Assembly: GCA_038087875.1 (NCBI GenBank)
Contig: CM075990.1
Coordinates: 5,830,001 to 5,894,000 of the forward strand
Reading direction: 5' to 3'
From: Malacoraja senta
Lineage: Eukaryota
Length of the DNA stretch: 64,000 nucleotides
The notes under the pieces were generated by a model. The model searched no databases, was not told the origin of the DNA, and worked only from the letters and a program-made list of their open reading frames with translations. Positions within the stretch are counted from its first letter, which is position 1. Every line of letters starts with the position of its first letter. Positions 24,656-37,497 of this stretch are shown piece by piece. Both the position numbers and the translations under genes were made by a program.

Positions 24656-26387
24656 TTTTGTCGCTTACTCCACCCATCTGACAATCACCACGCTCACACC
24701 TGTATCCACCTATCACTTGCCAGACTCTCCCTACTCCAGCAGTCTGAAGAAGGACCCCAGCCCAAACCATCGTGTGTCCATTCCCTTCACAGATGCTGCC
24801 TAACCTGCTGAGTTCCTCCAGTAGCTTGTTCTTTTTATCTGCAACTCTGCCTGACAAGGGCGGTGGAACCAGAAATCCCCATCGCAATCAGCAGGTAACT
24901 GGATGAGCACTTGAAAAGTCATAACCTGTAGAGATGCAGTCCTAGAACTGGGTTATGAAAATGACCTAAATGGTTCTGTATTGGCTGGTGTGGGTTTTAG
25001 ACTGAATTACTATAAGTTGCCGTGACTCTGCGAAAAAGACAGATGAAGAGCCATCAAGTTTGAGATCTCTGCCTTTGCGCAAGCACATGTAAGAATCTCG
25101 TGAGTCATGAATCCTGTGGAGAATTGATGGCAATCCCCTGCAATATCTGGGCTGCCTTCTCAAAGCAGTGGAGAGAGCTTCTCCATGTGCGACAATTGAG
25201 CAAAGTCAGCATCTCTATTCATGCACACCAATCTGGTGAGTATGCATGCTAACGTCCATATTAATCTTAAAAATATTTTTTTGATCATTCCTAATTGCTA
25301 ACATTTGAATTTTCCAGTGTGCTGATCTGGGCAGAAGAAATTGACATGGTGTATGCATTGGCATCAGTTACATTTTTGCTTTTTGAATGATGAACTTTTG
25401 TCTGTGCCTGATACATCATTCTTGCTGCTCTTTTACGCCTGTACATGGATCAGCTGCCTGGACAAGCAAACAACTGTTACCATCTCCACAACGAAAATGC
25501 AAGAACGTCTGTGTCTCTTATGTGTGAAGTAACAAATGGTGTTTGGTACTGTGCTGGAGACCGAGGCTTACCCTTTTTAACATTGTGTAAAATGTGCAGT
25601 AGTAAAATCTTCCATATTGTTCATGGTGTTTGGTTGTAGTCTTGGTGCCAGTTCAACGGGGTCAATTGTTCACTCTTGATGTGCGGTACTAAATGTTTGA
25701 GCTTAGCTTTATATTTGGGAGAGGCTATAAATCATTTGAACTGTATGGCGACAATCAAAGAAAATCAACATACTTGATAGTTAAGTGAAGCCACCGAATG
25801 GATCATGCACCAACTGATCATTGTGCTTCTCTGATAAGGGCTTAGTCTCATTTAAGTAGCTCCCCTCTATCATTTTGAAGACAGACCATTTTGTATTCAG
25901 GGAAGTTGGTGTCCATTTTTAGCTTGCAAGTAACGGGCAAGACAAAGAATGAAATGGGTCGTATCTTACATAAATTAACGCAGAAGATGAATATTTTTTT
26001 CCAAGCAAGTTCTCAAGTTCAGGTAGCTTCTGACATTCGGAGAGCTTTCATAGATGAATATGAATTAATGTTCCCCATATTCTAATATAATCTGGTAATT
26101 CAGTGGAGCTAAATCAGATAAGTCGCATTGAAAATAACATCGTATATGATGCATTAAATAATCTCAATCTATAAATGCATTTGTGATTGCGATTGAGTCG
26201 ATGTTCCAGGAATGTGCTGAATTGTCTGATCATGGGCATTTCAGCATTTAGTGGTATTTAGAGAGAGAATAGACATTTGAATGTTTGTACTCTTGATTTT
26301 CAACCACCACTTCTGAGAAAATACACTTTGAGCAACGACAGCTGGCCATGGGCAAAAAAGGCAAATGAACCAAAATTTTATTTTGAT

Positions 26388-26993
26388 TTCAAAGGTTCAA
26401 AGATCTGTTTGTGTCACGTACCAATTAGAGTACAGTGATATTCGATTTACCATACAGCCATACTTTAAAAAAAGCAACAAAACACACAACTACAGAAAAG
26501 TTAACGTAAACATCCACCACAGCGGATTCCCCACATTCTTCACTGTGATGGAAGGCAATAAAGTCTGATCTTCTTCCGCAGTCGGGGTGATCGAATCTCC
26601 CGTAGCCGGCGATCGAAGACCCCGCGTCGGGGCGGTCGAAGCCCCCGCATCGCGGCGGTCGAAGCTCCTGCGGCTTGGAGCTCCCGAAGTCGGTCTCCAA
26701 CCAGGGACCACGAGATCCACAATATCAAAGTCCGCAGGCTCCCGCGGTTGGAGCTCCGTGGTTGATCCCCGCAGGGATCGCCAGCTCCACGATGTTTGAC
26801 AGCAGTGCAAACGGAGATATGATACGGAAAAAAATTGCATCTCCGTCGGGGTAAGAGATTTTTAAAAAATTCCCCCAACTCCCCCCCCACCCCCCACATA
26901 AAACAAGCTAAAGAACAATAAAACATACATTTAACACCTACTAAAAAAAATCAAAGGAAGGGACGAGACAGACTGTTGGCGAGGCAGCCATTG
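26388..26993 (-). mobile_element. GC-rich non-autonomous retroposon with Rex1-like termini
   Basis: Short-repeat tail with gtgacacaaac, conserved hairpin at 26513-26552, CpG-rich repetitive core, 5' end GCAATGGCTGCCTCGCC on the minus strand. Confidence 0.6.
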
Positions 26994-27212
26994 CCTCTAC
27001 AGGTTCAGTGTCTCTGCAGGTGACCATAAGAAATTGCCCAAACTTGAATTCATTTTAAGATGTGAAGACATAAAAAATAATCAAGAGTTTACATTATACC
27101 AGTACCTCACCGTACTTGTGCATATGGCGATAGACTCAGACTTGACGTGAATCGGGCTTCCTTTTTAATGTTTATTTTGTGCTGTTATCTATACATTATT
27201 TTTATTTTACAG

Positions 27213-27369
27213 TCGATCAGTTTAATAGAGCGTGGGAATCCATCTCGGAGTTTAGAACAAGTCTGCCGGTGGGCCCACACTCAACAGCGCTCTGACCCAG
27301 ATCACACAGAGCATCACGATCATGCTATATTCCTTACCAGGCAAGATTTTGGTCCCGCAGGTATGCAAG
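27213..27369 (+). CDS. ADAMTS14: ADAMTS14 exon (~6), [22 protein letters not shown]...[10 protein letters not shown]
   Basis: ttacag|TCGATC ... ATGCAAG|gtactg; 157 nt, phase 0-1; possible alternative donor after 27360. Confidence 0.95.
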
Positions 27370-28842
27370 GTACTGTATTGTTCTCGATCAGGTTTTGTGC
27401 AGTCCGAATTCTATAGCTGTAAGAGGTAACTTCTCTGGAATACAATTATTGATACAATGTATTTATTACTTGCCAATTAACCACCTATAGACATCTGTAG
27501 TGCTGGTGTGTCCTTAACCATACTTGTTATTTTTGAATGATCCATTTTTAAAGACCATAGATATTTTTCCTTCTCAAAGGCTTGTTTCTTTCCACAGCAT
27601 GTTCTTTGAAAATCCTTTGTGTTCCCCCTTCTGCCTGTTCACTTTTGACATTACATAAAGTTTCTTAGTGAATTAAATATAACTGCCAGAATGTCCAGAC
27701 TTTGCTTATTTTCAGCTGGGCAATTGCCTGCATTTTTGTCTCTTTCCATGACAATTAGTAGAACTTGTCGCGTTTTGGTTTTGTATTTCAGTTTTCACAG
27801 TTGCTTAACCAATTGTTAATGAATACAAGTCATTGTGGTTAATTGAATGTGAAACCTGGTGCATGATTTTCCTAGCTCCATGCTTTTAGCTTTAAGCTTC
27901 TAAAACCGTAACACTCAAACAATGATTATTCCATCAAAGATATTTAAATTACACGCTGCTCTTGCATCTTATTACACTATTAATCATGGCAATAAGCGCT
28001 GTTAATAAGTACCTTGACTTATCTTTTTACCATTGGCTTGAACTTTCTGCAAAACTGCTTGTCTATTGCTCAACTGCTAAACCTTTCCTTCCCATTAGCA
28101 AGTCCCCATGCAGAAATTCAGATCTTTGCTCCATGGTCTAAGATGCTTCTTATAACCTAATGCTCTAAAGTTAACTGTAGTTTTCACCATTTAAGTGACA
28201 AATGCACTGCACCATTTTGCTATAGCTGTTTAAATAAAAACTTAATGCAGTTTTGCACATAGCATTAGATATTACCAGACTATTGTGCAATATCCTGATT
28301 TTATTTTCTGTGATGGGAGAATTCATCAAAATAGAGATATTGTATTCATTACAAATAGCTGAAATTAAGTTTTCCTGCGAGCAGTTATTTAAAACATCTT
28401 TGCTAACAATTCTTTCCCAGCATGCTGTATTTTCAGAAAGGACAGATTTGCATGAGGTTCACAAAACTAAATAAACTAAGATCCATACTTTCTAATAAAA
28501 CAATTTCTTGCCTTCACATTGCATAACTGGATAACTGCACACTACTTGATCGAGGAAAGTATATAAAATGTTGCTTTTCATTTTTAATGTAAAGATATGT
28601 GCTGAAATGCTGTCTGACTTGGTATCGCCGTTATCATTGTTACGCATTTACTGATGCTTGTAATCTCTGAAGGAAGGTGTGTATTTGTAGTTGGCCTTAC
28701 AATGCAATGTTTAAGTAAAATTATTCTAATGAGTTTGCCTGAATGGTGGTCTTCAAGACATTGTTTGAAAAATTGCTTCTGAATGCTACCACGACAAAAA
28801 TTGAAAGTCATGCGAAGACTCTTGCTACTTGTACAAGAAAAT

Positions 28843-29058
28843 GAGTTGTGAATCTGTGGAATTCTCTGCCACAGAAGGCAGTGGAGGCCAATTCACTGGA
28901 AATATTAAAGTGAGAGTTAGATATAGCTATTAGGGCTAACGGAATCAAGGGATATAGGGAGAAAGCAGGAACGGGGTACTGATTTTAGATGATCAGCCAT
29001 GATCAAATTGAAGGGCCGAATGGCTTACTCCTGCACCTATTTTTTTCAATTTTTCTAT
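28843..29058 (+). mobile_element. CR1 3' terminal fragment
   Basis: gttgtgaatctgtggaattctctgcc…tactcctgcacctat, matching the CR1 3' ends elsewhere in the window. Confidence 0.85.
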
Positions 29059-30788
29059 ACATATTATGAAATATATCTTCACGTGACTTATTTTTGCAAT
29101 GGCGTGATTTCCTGGGTGGGTCATGATACTATTGGAATATTGTACAAAATTAACCAAGAAGGTACTTGAGATGTACTTCAAACATGTTATAATTTTAACA
29201 ACAGCAGACGAGATATTTAGTTGTGCCTTGGGGTAACAACAGCATTGACGGTGGTCTGAACTTCATAGTCTATGTGTATTTTTCAGGTGCATTTCCTTAA
29301 CTGAAGAAAGGTTTAAATAATATTAAAAGCTTGTTTAAATGTAATCATAACATTGTACTGATAATGCCATGCTGATATTTTATTATGGTAAACATTTCAA
29401 ATCTTTAGGTAATCTGAACATGTAGCTTCTGATATATTTTTCACCCAGTCCCTTTCATTAATCATTTTATTTTCATATCTTTCCTTGTATCCAACCTGGA
29501 CCAGGAATTATTAATGATGGTATTGAAACAGGACCTGGGAAGGCCATAGAAACTGCTGGGATAAATTTACTCCAATTCTTCAACAACACTGTAATTTTGT
29601 CCCTCTCTGTAAAATTAAATATGGACATGAATATTTTTGAAATTCTTCACTTTAAAGCTGATGGTAGTTTTTAACTTAAGGTGTTGGTGATCATGAGCCT
29701 TGTTGCTGTATTTTGATTTACATTTCCTGCATTAAGTTGCCAGTAAACACCATATTCACTGTCAATGGAACAGGTATTTTAATCACTGAAGTTGTGTTAA
29801 TTATATGAATTTAGCAGTTTTGAGAAACAAATGAATGAACCTGGTTGAAATGTTCGAATTTAAAGGCACCTGCAAATCATTTTCTAATTCTGACCAATTA
29901 GAATGAGAAGAAGCATGAAAACCAAATAATTAAATATACAAACAATTTTCCAATAAAACAAAGTACTGGAGAAGCTCAGCAGGTTAGGAAGCATTCTGTG
30001 GAAAGATAAACCAAGTTAACGGTTTAGGTCAATGACTAATCATCACAAGACCGCCTGACCTACTGTTTGTTTCCAACACTTCCTGTTTTCATTTCAGATT
30101 TTCAACATCTGCATTTTTTTAAATCAAACATTTTCCCAAGCGGATCACTGGATTAGGGCCCCAACCATATAGTTAATGGCCAAATCGCTATGGATCCTGA
30201 AGAAATGGGGTTTTAATGATCAAATTGCCAAAAGCAAGTGTCCGATTGTTATCTTCATCTAAAATTTGAAAATCATGCATTATTATGCCATGAATACAAC
30301 GTTTAGAAAGATAATTAGTTCTAGATTTGAATTGTGAAGTAAACTTGGTCAGTACCTTCACTAGAATCAGACAAAGGAATGTATTATGAATGCTAAGTAT
30401 TTGAATGATAACTTCATTAAGTTACTTCCAGGCTAGTTTCCATTTGTATGAAGAATTATTTAAAAATTGATAGGAGTTTATTCGTGCTATGTGAATCTTT
30501 AATATTTCAGAACCTTGAATCTGGGACTGACAGTATTATCCAAAGCTTTGCTCAACATGATTTTATTCAAACAACATATATACTCTGAGCCTGTTATTGT
30601 TCCTCATGATATAAGCATGGAATAATATTCTCTCTTGAGTGTATAAACTATGGGAAAAAAATATCACTTGTGTGATATGTTGGCCTACATTTTATCTTTC
30701 TGAGCACTTACATGGCTACAGTATTAAGAGGTCGAGCATCAGTTGTAAGTATCTGTGAGGAATTTGTGCAGTTTCAGTTTTCTTATAA

Positions 30789-30920
<132 letters not shown>

Positions 30921-31812
30921 TAAGTACGCAGAGCAGAAATACACCGGCACACACACCAGAGGGGCAAAACTCCACTAAACATTTGGGTTGCAGATCAGTC
31001 ACTTATATAGGGGTAGTGGTTGAGGCAAATACAATAGTGCCATGTAAGACAGGCATATGGATATGGAGGGGTATGGATTCTGTGCAGGCAGAAAAGAGTT
31101 AATCTTGGCACACATGTTCAGCACAGACATTGTGGGCCAAACAGCCTATTGCTGAGCTCAACTGTTCTATGTTCTAAACTGGGGTAGGCAGTTTAGTAAA
31201 TAGAATATGTTTAGATTGAACTAAATATATCAGCTTTATTACCACATTTGTCTTATAATGCACGCCTATGTTGCAAACAATTGGTTAGAACATTAAAATA
31301 GGACCATATTGATACTAGCTAGAATAATTAAAACAAAAACCAATTTAAAAAAAATGCCCTTTATTAGCCAAACCCAATTCTGCTTACTCATCATCTTTTC
31401 TATACCAGTAATAGTAGCAATCAAATCAATATGAGAACAAGTGCAGTTGGTTACTATATCAATATATTTTTCCCATAACTGACGAGCAGAAAGTCAGAAT
31501 ACATTTATGATAAATATAAGCTCCAGAACACACACTTTTAGTTGGTGCTAGCCATCCGTTTTGTATGACTTGGCTTGAGGACACCTGATTTTCTTCCTCT
31601 TGCCTCCCTCCCTCTCCCCCTAAGTCTCTTGCAGGTCTCTGCTATTCCTCTACTGACATGGCCAATGTGCCATTTTGTGTCCTTCACAAATGTGAGTTTA
31701 TCATAGGCTGTGTGTATTATATATTGTAAAATACACTGCCCAAATCCCTCTTATTTCTGTAATCACTGCATTCGCATTCATTCATACAACTCGCAAATGT
31801 TATGCAATGATT

Positions 31813-32981
31813 ACAATAGACAATAGGTGCAGGAGTAGGCCATTTGGCCCTTCGAGCCAGCACCGCCATTCAATGTGATCATGGCTGATCATCCCCAATC
31901 AGTACCCCGTTCCTGCCTTCTCCCCATATCCCCTGACTCCGCTATTTTTAAGAGCCCTATCTAGCTCCCTCATGAAAGCATCCATAGAACCTGCCTCCAC
32001 TGCCCTCTGAGGCAGAGAATTCCACAGAGTCACCACTCTCTGTGAGAAAAAGTGTTTCCTTGTCTCTGTTCTAAATGGCTTACTCCTTATTCTTAAACTG
32101 TGGCCCCTGGTTCTGGACTCCCCCAACATCGGGAACATGTTTCCTGCCTCTAGTGTGTCCAAGCCCTTAACAATCTTATATGTTTCAATGAGATCCCCTC
32201 GCATCCTTCTAAACTCCAGAGTGTACAAGCCCAGCTGCTCCATTCTCTCAGCATATGACAGTCCTGCCATCCCGGGAATTAACCTTGTAAACCTACGCTG
32301 CACTCCCTCAATAACAAGAATGTCCTTCCTCAAATTAGGGGACCACAAATGCACACAATACTCCAGGTGTGGTCTCACTAGGGCTCTGTACAACTGCAAA
32401 AGACCTCTTCGCTCCTATATTCGATTCCTCTTGTTATAAAGGCCAACATGCCATTCGCTTTCTTCACTGCCTGCTGTACCTGCATGCTTACTTTCATAGA
32501 TTGATGTTCAAGGACCCCCAGATCCCGTTATACTTCCCCTTTTCCCAACGATGCCATTTAGATAGTAATCTGCCTTCCTGTTTTTGCTACCAAAGTGGAT
32601 AACCTCACATTTATCCGCATTAAACTTCATCTGCCATGCATCTGCCCACTCCTCCAACCTGTCCAAGTCACCCTGCATTCTCATAGCATCCTCCTCACAG
32701 TTCACACTGCCACCCAGCTTTGTGTCATCTGCAAATTTGCTAATGTTACTTTGAATCCCTTCATCCAAATCATTGATGTATATTGTAAATAGCTGCGCTC
32801 CCAGCACCGAGCCTTGCGGTACGCCACTAGTCACTGCCTGCCATTCTGAAAGGGACCCATTAATCCCTACTCTTTGTTTCCTGTCTGCCAACCACTTCTC
32901 TATCCATGTCAGCACTCTACCCCCAATACCATGTGCCCTAATTTTGCACACTAATCTCCTATGTGGGACCTTATCAAATGC
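31813..32981 (-). mobile_element. 5'-truncated CR1 LINE (related subfamily)
   Basis: RT C-terminal ORFs 32508..32951 and 31899..32399 (GVPQGSVLG, KFADD, RPHLEYC); (CTATTGT)n tail. Confidence 0.92.
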
Positions 32982-33429
32982 TTAGTTTTAAAAAAAAGAT
33001 TATTTTTTCTGAGGAATTTTGTTTTATTTTAATTTAAGCGCACCAGGTTATTATTGCTGGACACAACTAGAGAAATGACAGTGCAGTTTTACCTCGTTGC
33101 CATAGTTTACGCACAAATATATCAGGGTATGAATGCAAAGTTGAAAAAAAACACCATGCTACATCAAAGAATTTCTGACCTTTGCATTTGTAGGAGTTTG
33201 TAGGATTTTTATGATGAATCATTACGAAACAATTGTTAATGAATGTTTTAAAGTCTTTTAGTGTACAGTTAGTCTTGCTATCGTGAGCACCGAATGCAAT
33301 AGACCACGTTGAAGGAGATGCCTCAGCCCTTGAATGTGACCATTTTGCAGAGCCCTTGCATTTTATCTGTACAGGCTATCTTGAGCTTTAAGTTGCACGT
33401 CACTTCAATTCACCAACTTGTCTGTCCTC

Positions 33430-33900
33430 TGCCTTCTCCACTGCAAAGTGAGACCAAATGCAAATCAGAACAGACCTCTAATTCCACTTGGGTGGCTTAC
33501 ACCCTATTGTATAAACGATGAATTTTCCCATTCCACTCCCGTGTCCATTTCCCACTTCCACCGTGAAAAAAGAGTCTCTCCCTTTTTTTCCTGGACGTAT
33601 CACCCTCCCCCATCTGGCCATCCCCCACATATCTAGCCTTGTCTCTGTCCTTCCCTCTTCCACAATAAGCTCCATTTGTTTATCATTATCCTCCCATTAT
33701 CCTGCCTCATCTGGTTTCACCTACCAGTCTCGGTCTCACCCCTCCCTCTCACTTCTATGCCTGGCTATCTTCCCTTTACACTCTGTTCCGATGCAGGGTT
33801 TTGACCCAAAATGCCGACCAAGCCCTTTCCTGCACAGATGTTGCTTGGCCCACTGCAGTTTTCTTTTGCACCAAATCCAGCATCTGCAGTCCCTTACGTC
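33430..33900 (+). mobile_element. Decayed Penelope-like 3' end with pLTR
   Basis: ttccacttgggtggcttacaccc (LG.LHP) remnant, pyrimidine-rich UTR, then gggttttgaccc…cagcatctgcagt pLTR. Confidence 0.55.
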
Positions 33901-35803
33901 TCAGTTTAATAGGCAGTGACCACAATGATAGCAGTGTAAGAGCACCATCTATTGGAACTAATCATAAAAGCTTCTGTTTATTGTTGTTAAATACCCAAGG
34001 ACCACAGTAGTTGACCATCCTCAAAATTGTTCACTGTTCACAGATCCTTGAATTCACTACTGTAATATCATAATTATATAGTTGAAGTGTGGAGCATATT
34101 GAAAGGGCCACGTGGCCTGCTTCTCTGCTTGTCTTTTCTCTTTCCCTCAATTCCTTGATCTACACTCAACAAAAAAGCAGTTTATTTGCTTTGAAAATAA
34201 ATCACAATACTGCGGTTATATATCAAGATTGAAGATGTTATGTAAGGAGGCATGTGGCCGTTGAGAGTCTGTTGATTGGAGACGCGATTCAAATCTCAGC
34301 TGAGCAATTGTGCTATTTAAATTCAGTTAATTAAAGAATCTGAAATTTTAAACAGAAATTAAAAAAATAGTTCCGGTAACGTTGACGATTATGCTGCTAG
34401 ATTGCAGTTTAAAATCCCCTCAGGTTCACTCAGTCAGGGATAAAAATCATCTGCCCATAACAATTCTGATCTGCATATTGCTCTTAACTGCTCGTGAAAG
34501 CTGAGTAAGCAAGGACTGAATCGTTAATGTGTATCAATTAGTTCAAATCCAAACAAAAGCAGCTGAAGAATGATTTATATTCATACAGTTGAAATAAAAA
34601 GACTGGGCATTATTGTATTGTTGTTAGAAAAATTATAGGTTTGTGTATGTCAGCAACATGGAAACCTCCCCTTTGGCCACTAACCGCTAACACTAATCAT
34701 CAAGCACTATCTTGATAAACCCCTTAAGAATTTTGCTTGCTCAATCGAATGTCTCATTCAAGAGAATGCTGGTCTGTTTAATCTCATCCAGTAGAGGTTC
34801 AGTCCGGTAAACCTGAGCTTTGCTCCTTCATGCCCGAGTCATCCAGCGTGGAGGACATTCGATCCATCACATCCACACTAACCAATAGATACCCATCGGT
34901 ATTAATTCCATACACCAACATTTGGCCTAAACTTTCTATGTCCAGGTAATTTAAGTGCTCGGCTAGACACCCCTTAGCATTCTGCTTGCCTTACTCTCTC
35001 AAGTGGTGTATTCCAGATATTTGCCACTCTCTGGGTGAAAAAGGTCCCTCTCAGATCCCTTCTAAATATCTTACCCCTTACCAAAAATGTATGTCCTGGT
35101 TTGCTCTACCTCTGATGTGAGTAATAGGTTCCTGCAGAAAAGTATATCCTCCTTTGTGTTAGGAGATCAGACCATTGCTTAACATCACAAATGGTGCTTT
35201 ATAATTGGAGCAATTCAATGTTTACCTCAGGCGTGCTACAGAGCCAAATTTACGAAATTCAGTCCTTGCTTACTCAACTTTTTAATGAGCAGTTAAGAGT
35301 AATACACAGATGACAATTGTTATGGGCTGATGATTTTTTGCCCTTACTGAAGCACCCTGAGGATGTTTGAAAATGCAATAGATGTGAAATTGCCGTGAAA
35401 TCGTGAGGCTCTGGAAAATCATATATTTAAATGGGGAATGATGACTTTTGTATGAACATCAGCTTAATTTGGGTGCAGCATAGGAAATGGAAGAGAATTA
35501 GAAAGGCACATCAGCACAGGTGTATTGATTCAATAAGAAGGCTTGAAGGATGTGACAGGATGGACATTAGTAGTGAGGTTGTCAGATTTTACTGTTTTGT
35601 TTTCTGCAAGGGTGATGAGAGCACTAAAATTGCCAGGCCGGGTGTCTGAAAATTGCGTTTCTGTCTCAAAGTAATGAAATGTTTCAAACTTCAAACACAA
35701 TGTTGTAACAGTGCTCGAGTGCATGTCCATTACATTAAACAATTTGATTGTGTCTTTTTGATTAAGTGGATTTCTGAAATGACTAGCACATGCTTGCAAA
35801 CAG

Positions 35804-35947
35804 TTTAGGAATGGAACATGACGGGCAAGGTAATCGCTGTGCTGATGAGACAAGTATGGGCAGCATCATGGCACCTTTGGTACAGGCTGCGTTCCATCGC
35901 TATCACTGGTCTCGCTGCAGCAAACAAGAGCTCAGCCGCTATATAAC
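35804..35947 (+). CDS. ADAMTS14: ADAMTS14 exon (~8), [47 protein letters not shown] (third Zn ligand, Met-turn)
   Basis: aaacag|TTTAGGA ... TATATAAC|gtaggt; 144 nt, phase 2-2. Confidence 0.95.
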
Positions 35948-36779
35948 GTAGGTGATCAAATTGCTTCATCATCTGTCCGATTCCAAACATTTTAATGGAA
36001 ATTTGCAAATTAAGCATATTAATTAAAATATTGAAAAATTCTGGATCAATGTTATATGTAGCAAGTAATGCCTATGAAAGATAATATGGTGGTTATGGCT
36101 GAGAATAGTTTTCCCCCCGCACAGTCCGTTGAGTACTCAGATCTATACCAGAGATACATCACTAATTCCTGGGTCACTCATTGTTCAGTGATGATAGAGT
36201 TGGATGCATATATTTCTTGCAAACTCCATGCTGAGCCAACAGCAGTGTTTGTCATTTGTATACGGGGCATATCATGTTTCAATGAAATTCTGATAATAAA
36301 CTTATCCCTAAAAATGCTGTTTGGACAGTATAATCTTCCTAGCATAATACAGTGCCGATTGGGACATGTATCAGATATGTGAACTATTTTTCATCACTCT
36401 GTGGCAGCCCCTTATCTGCCCAGCCTTGCCATCCCTTCCTCTCACCAACTTGCCCATCTCCACCCAGGTCCCTTTACTCTGAAACTGCCGTACCACAGGT
36501 CTCAGTCACATAATCTCCCCCACTGAAATTCCAACAGTGACAGCACATGAGATAAGAATTGAGCTGGGATTGGTAGAACAATGCAGCACCACTAACTGTG
36601 CCACCACCATCTAACCACCCCAATGGTTAGGTTTTAGATTGTTTTAGCTAGGAACAAGTACACACTGATGGAATGAGTGACATCCTACAGTATTAAATAT
36701 TATTCTGTGTTTTACTAGAAAAGTCCAATTGGTATAGATTAGTTCCTTGTTTGTAACATTTTCTCATGATTGTTGTCAG

Positions 36780-36912
36780 TTCCTATGATTGTCTACTGGA
36801 TGATCCATTTGAACACAAGTGGCCAGTATTGCCAGAACTTCCAGGAATCAGTTACTCAATGGATGAGCAGTGCCGGTTTGATTTTGGAGTGGGCTACCAA
36901 ATGTGTACAGCA
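36780..36912 (+). CDS. ADAMTS14: ADAMTS14 exon (~9), [44 protein letters not shown]
   Basis: tgtcag|TTCCTAT ... ACAGCA|gtaagt; 133 nt, phase 2-0. Confidence 0.95.
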
Positions 36913-37497
36913 GTAAGTGTCCCTTTGTTTCTTAGCTTAATTACACACCTCACTGCCTTTCTTTCAAAACCATGTAAAACAAATAATAAAGGATTCTGAA
37001 TCTTTTTCCTTGACGTTTTTGCCAATTTTTGATTTTTGTACCATACTGTTGTATTTATGTCTGGTTTATTAAATCTTGTTCGGGCCTCATTGGTCTCCCT
37101 AATTTTTGATCCCATCACAGGCTATGTGATATAAAGGCCTTAGAAGGATCTAGACAGGAGGAACTAGACTGATCACGGTTCCTTCGCTCCATAGATGCTG
37201 CCTCACCCGCTGAGTTTCTCCAGCATTTTTGTCTACCAACAGTTTTTAAATTACTTGGCTCAATATCATTCGCAAAGTGGGTCTTTCTACCTCAGAAAAA
37301 AATACTGGAGATTTGATTGGGATTTTAAATAATGTACGTGTCAGTCAGTGTCAACTTTGATTTGCATTAGTTAGAACAAAGGATGTGAGTTTAATATATA
37401 TGTTTGGTTAGGTTAGGTGAGCCAGGTTAGAGGTCAGGAAGTTCTTCCTTTCACTAGAGCAAGTAGCTCAAACAATTGGTGCAGATTCACTGCATAT

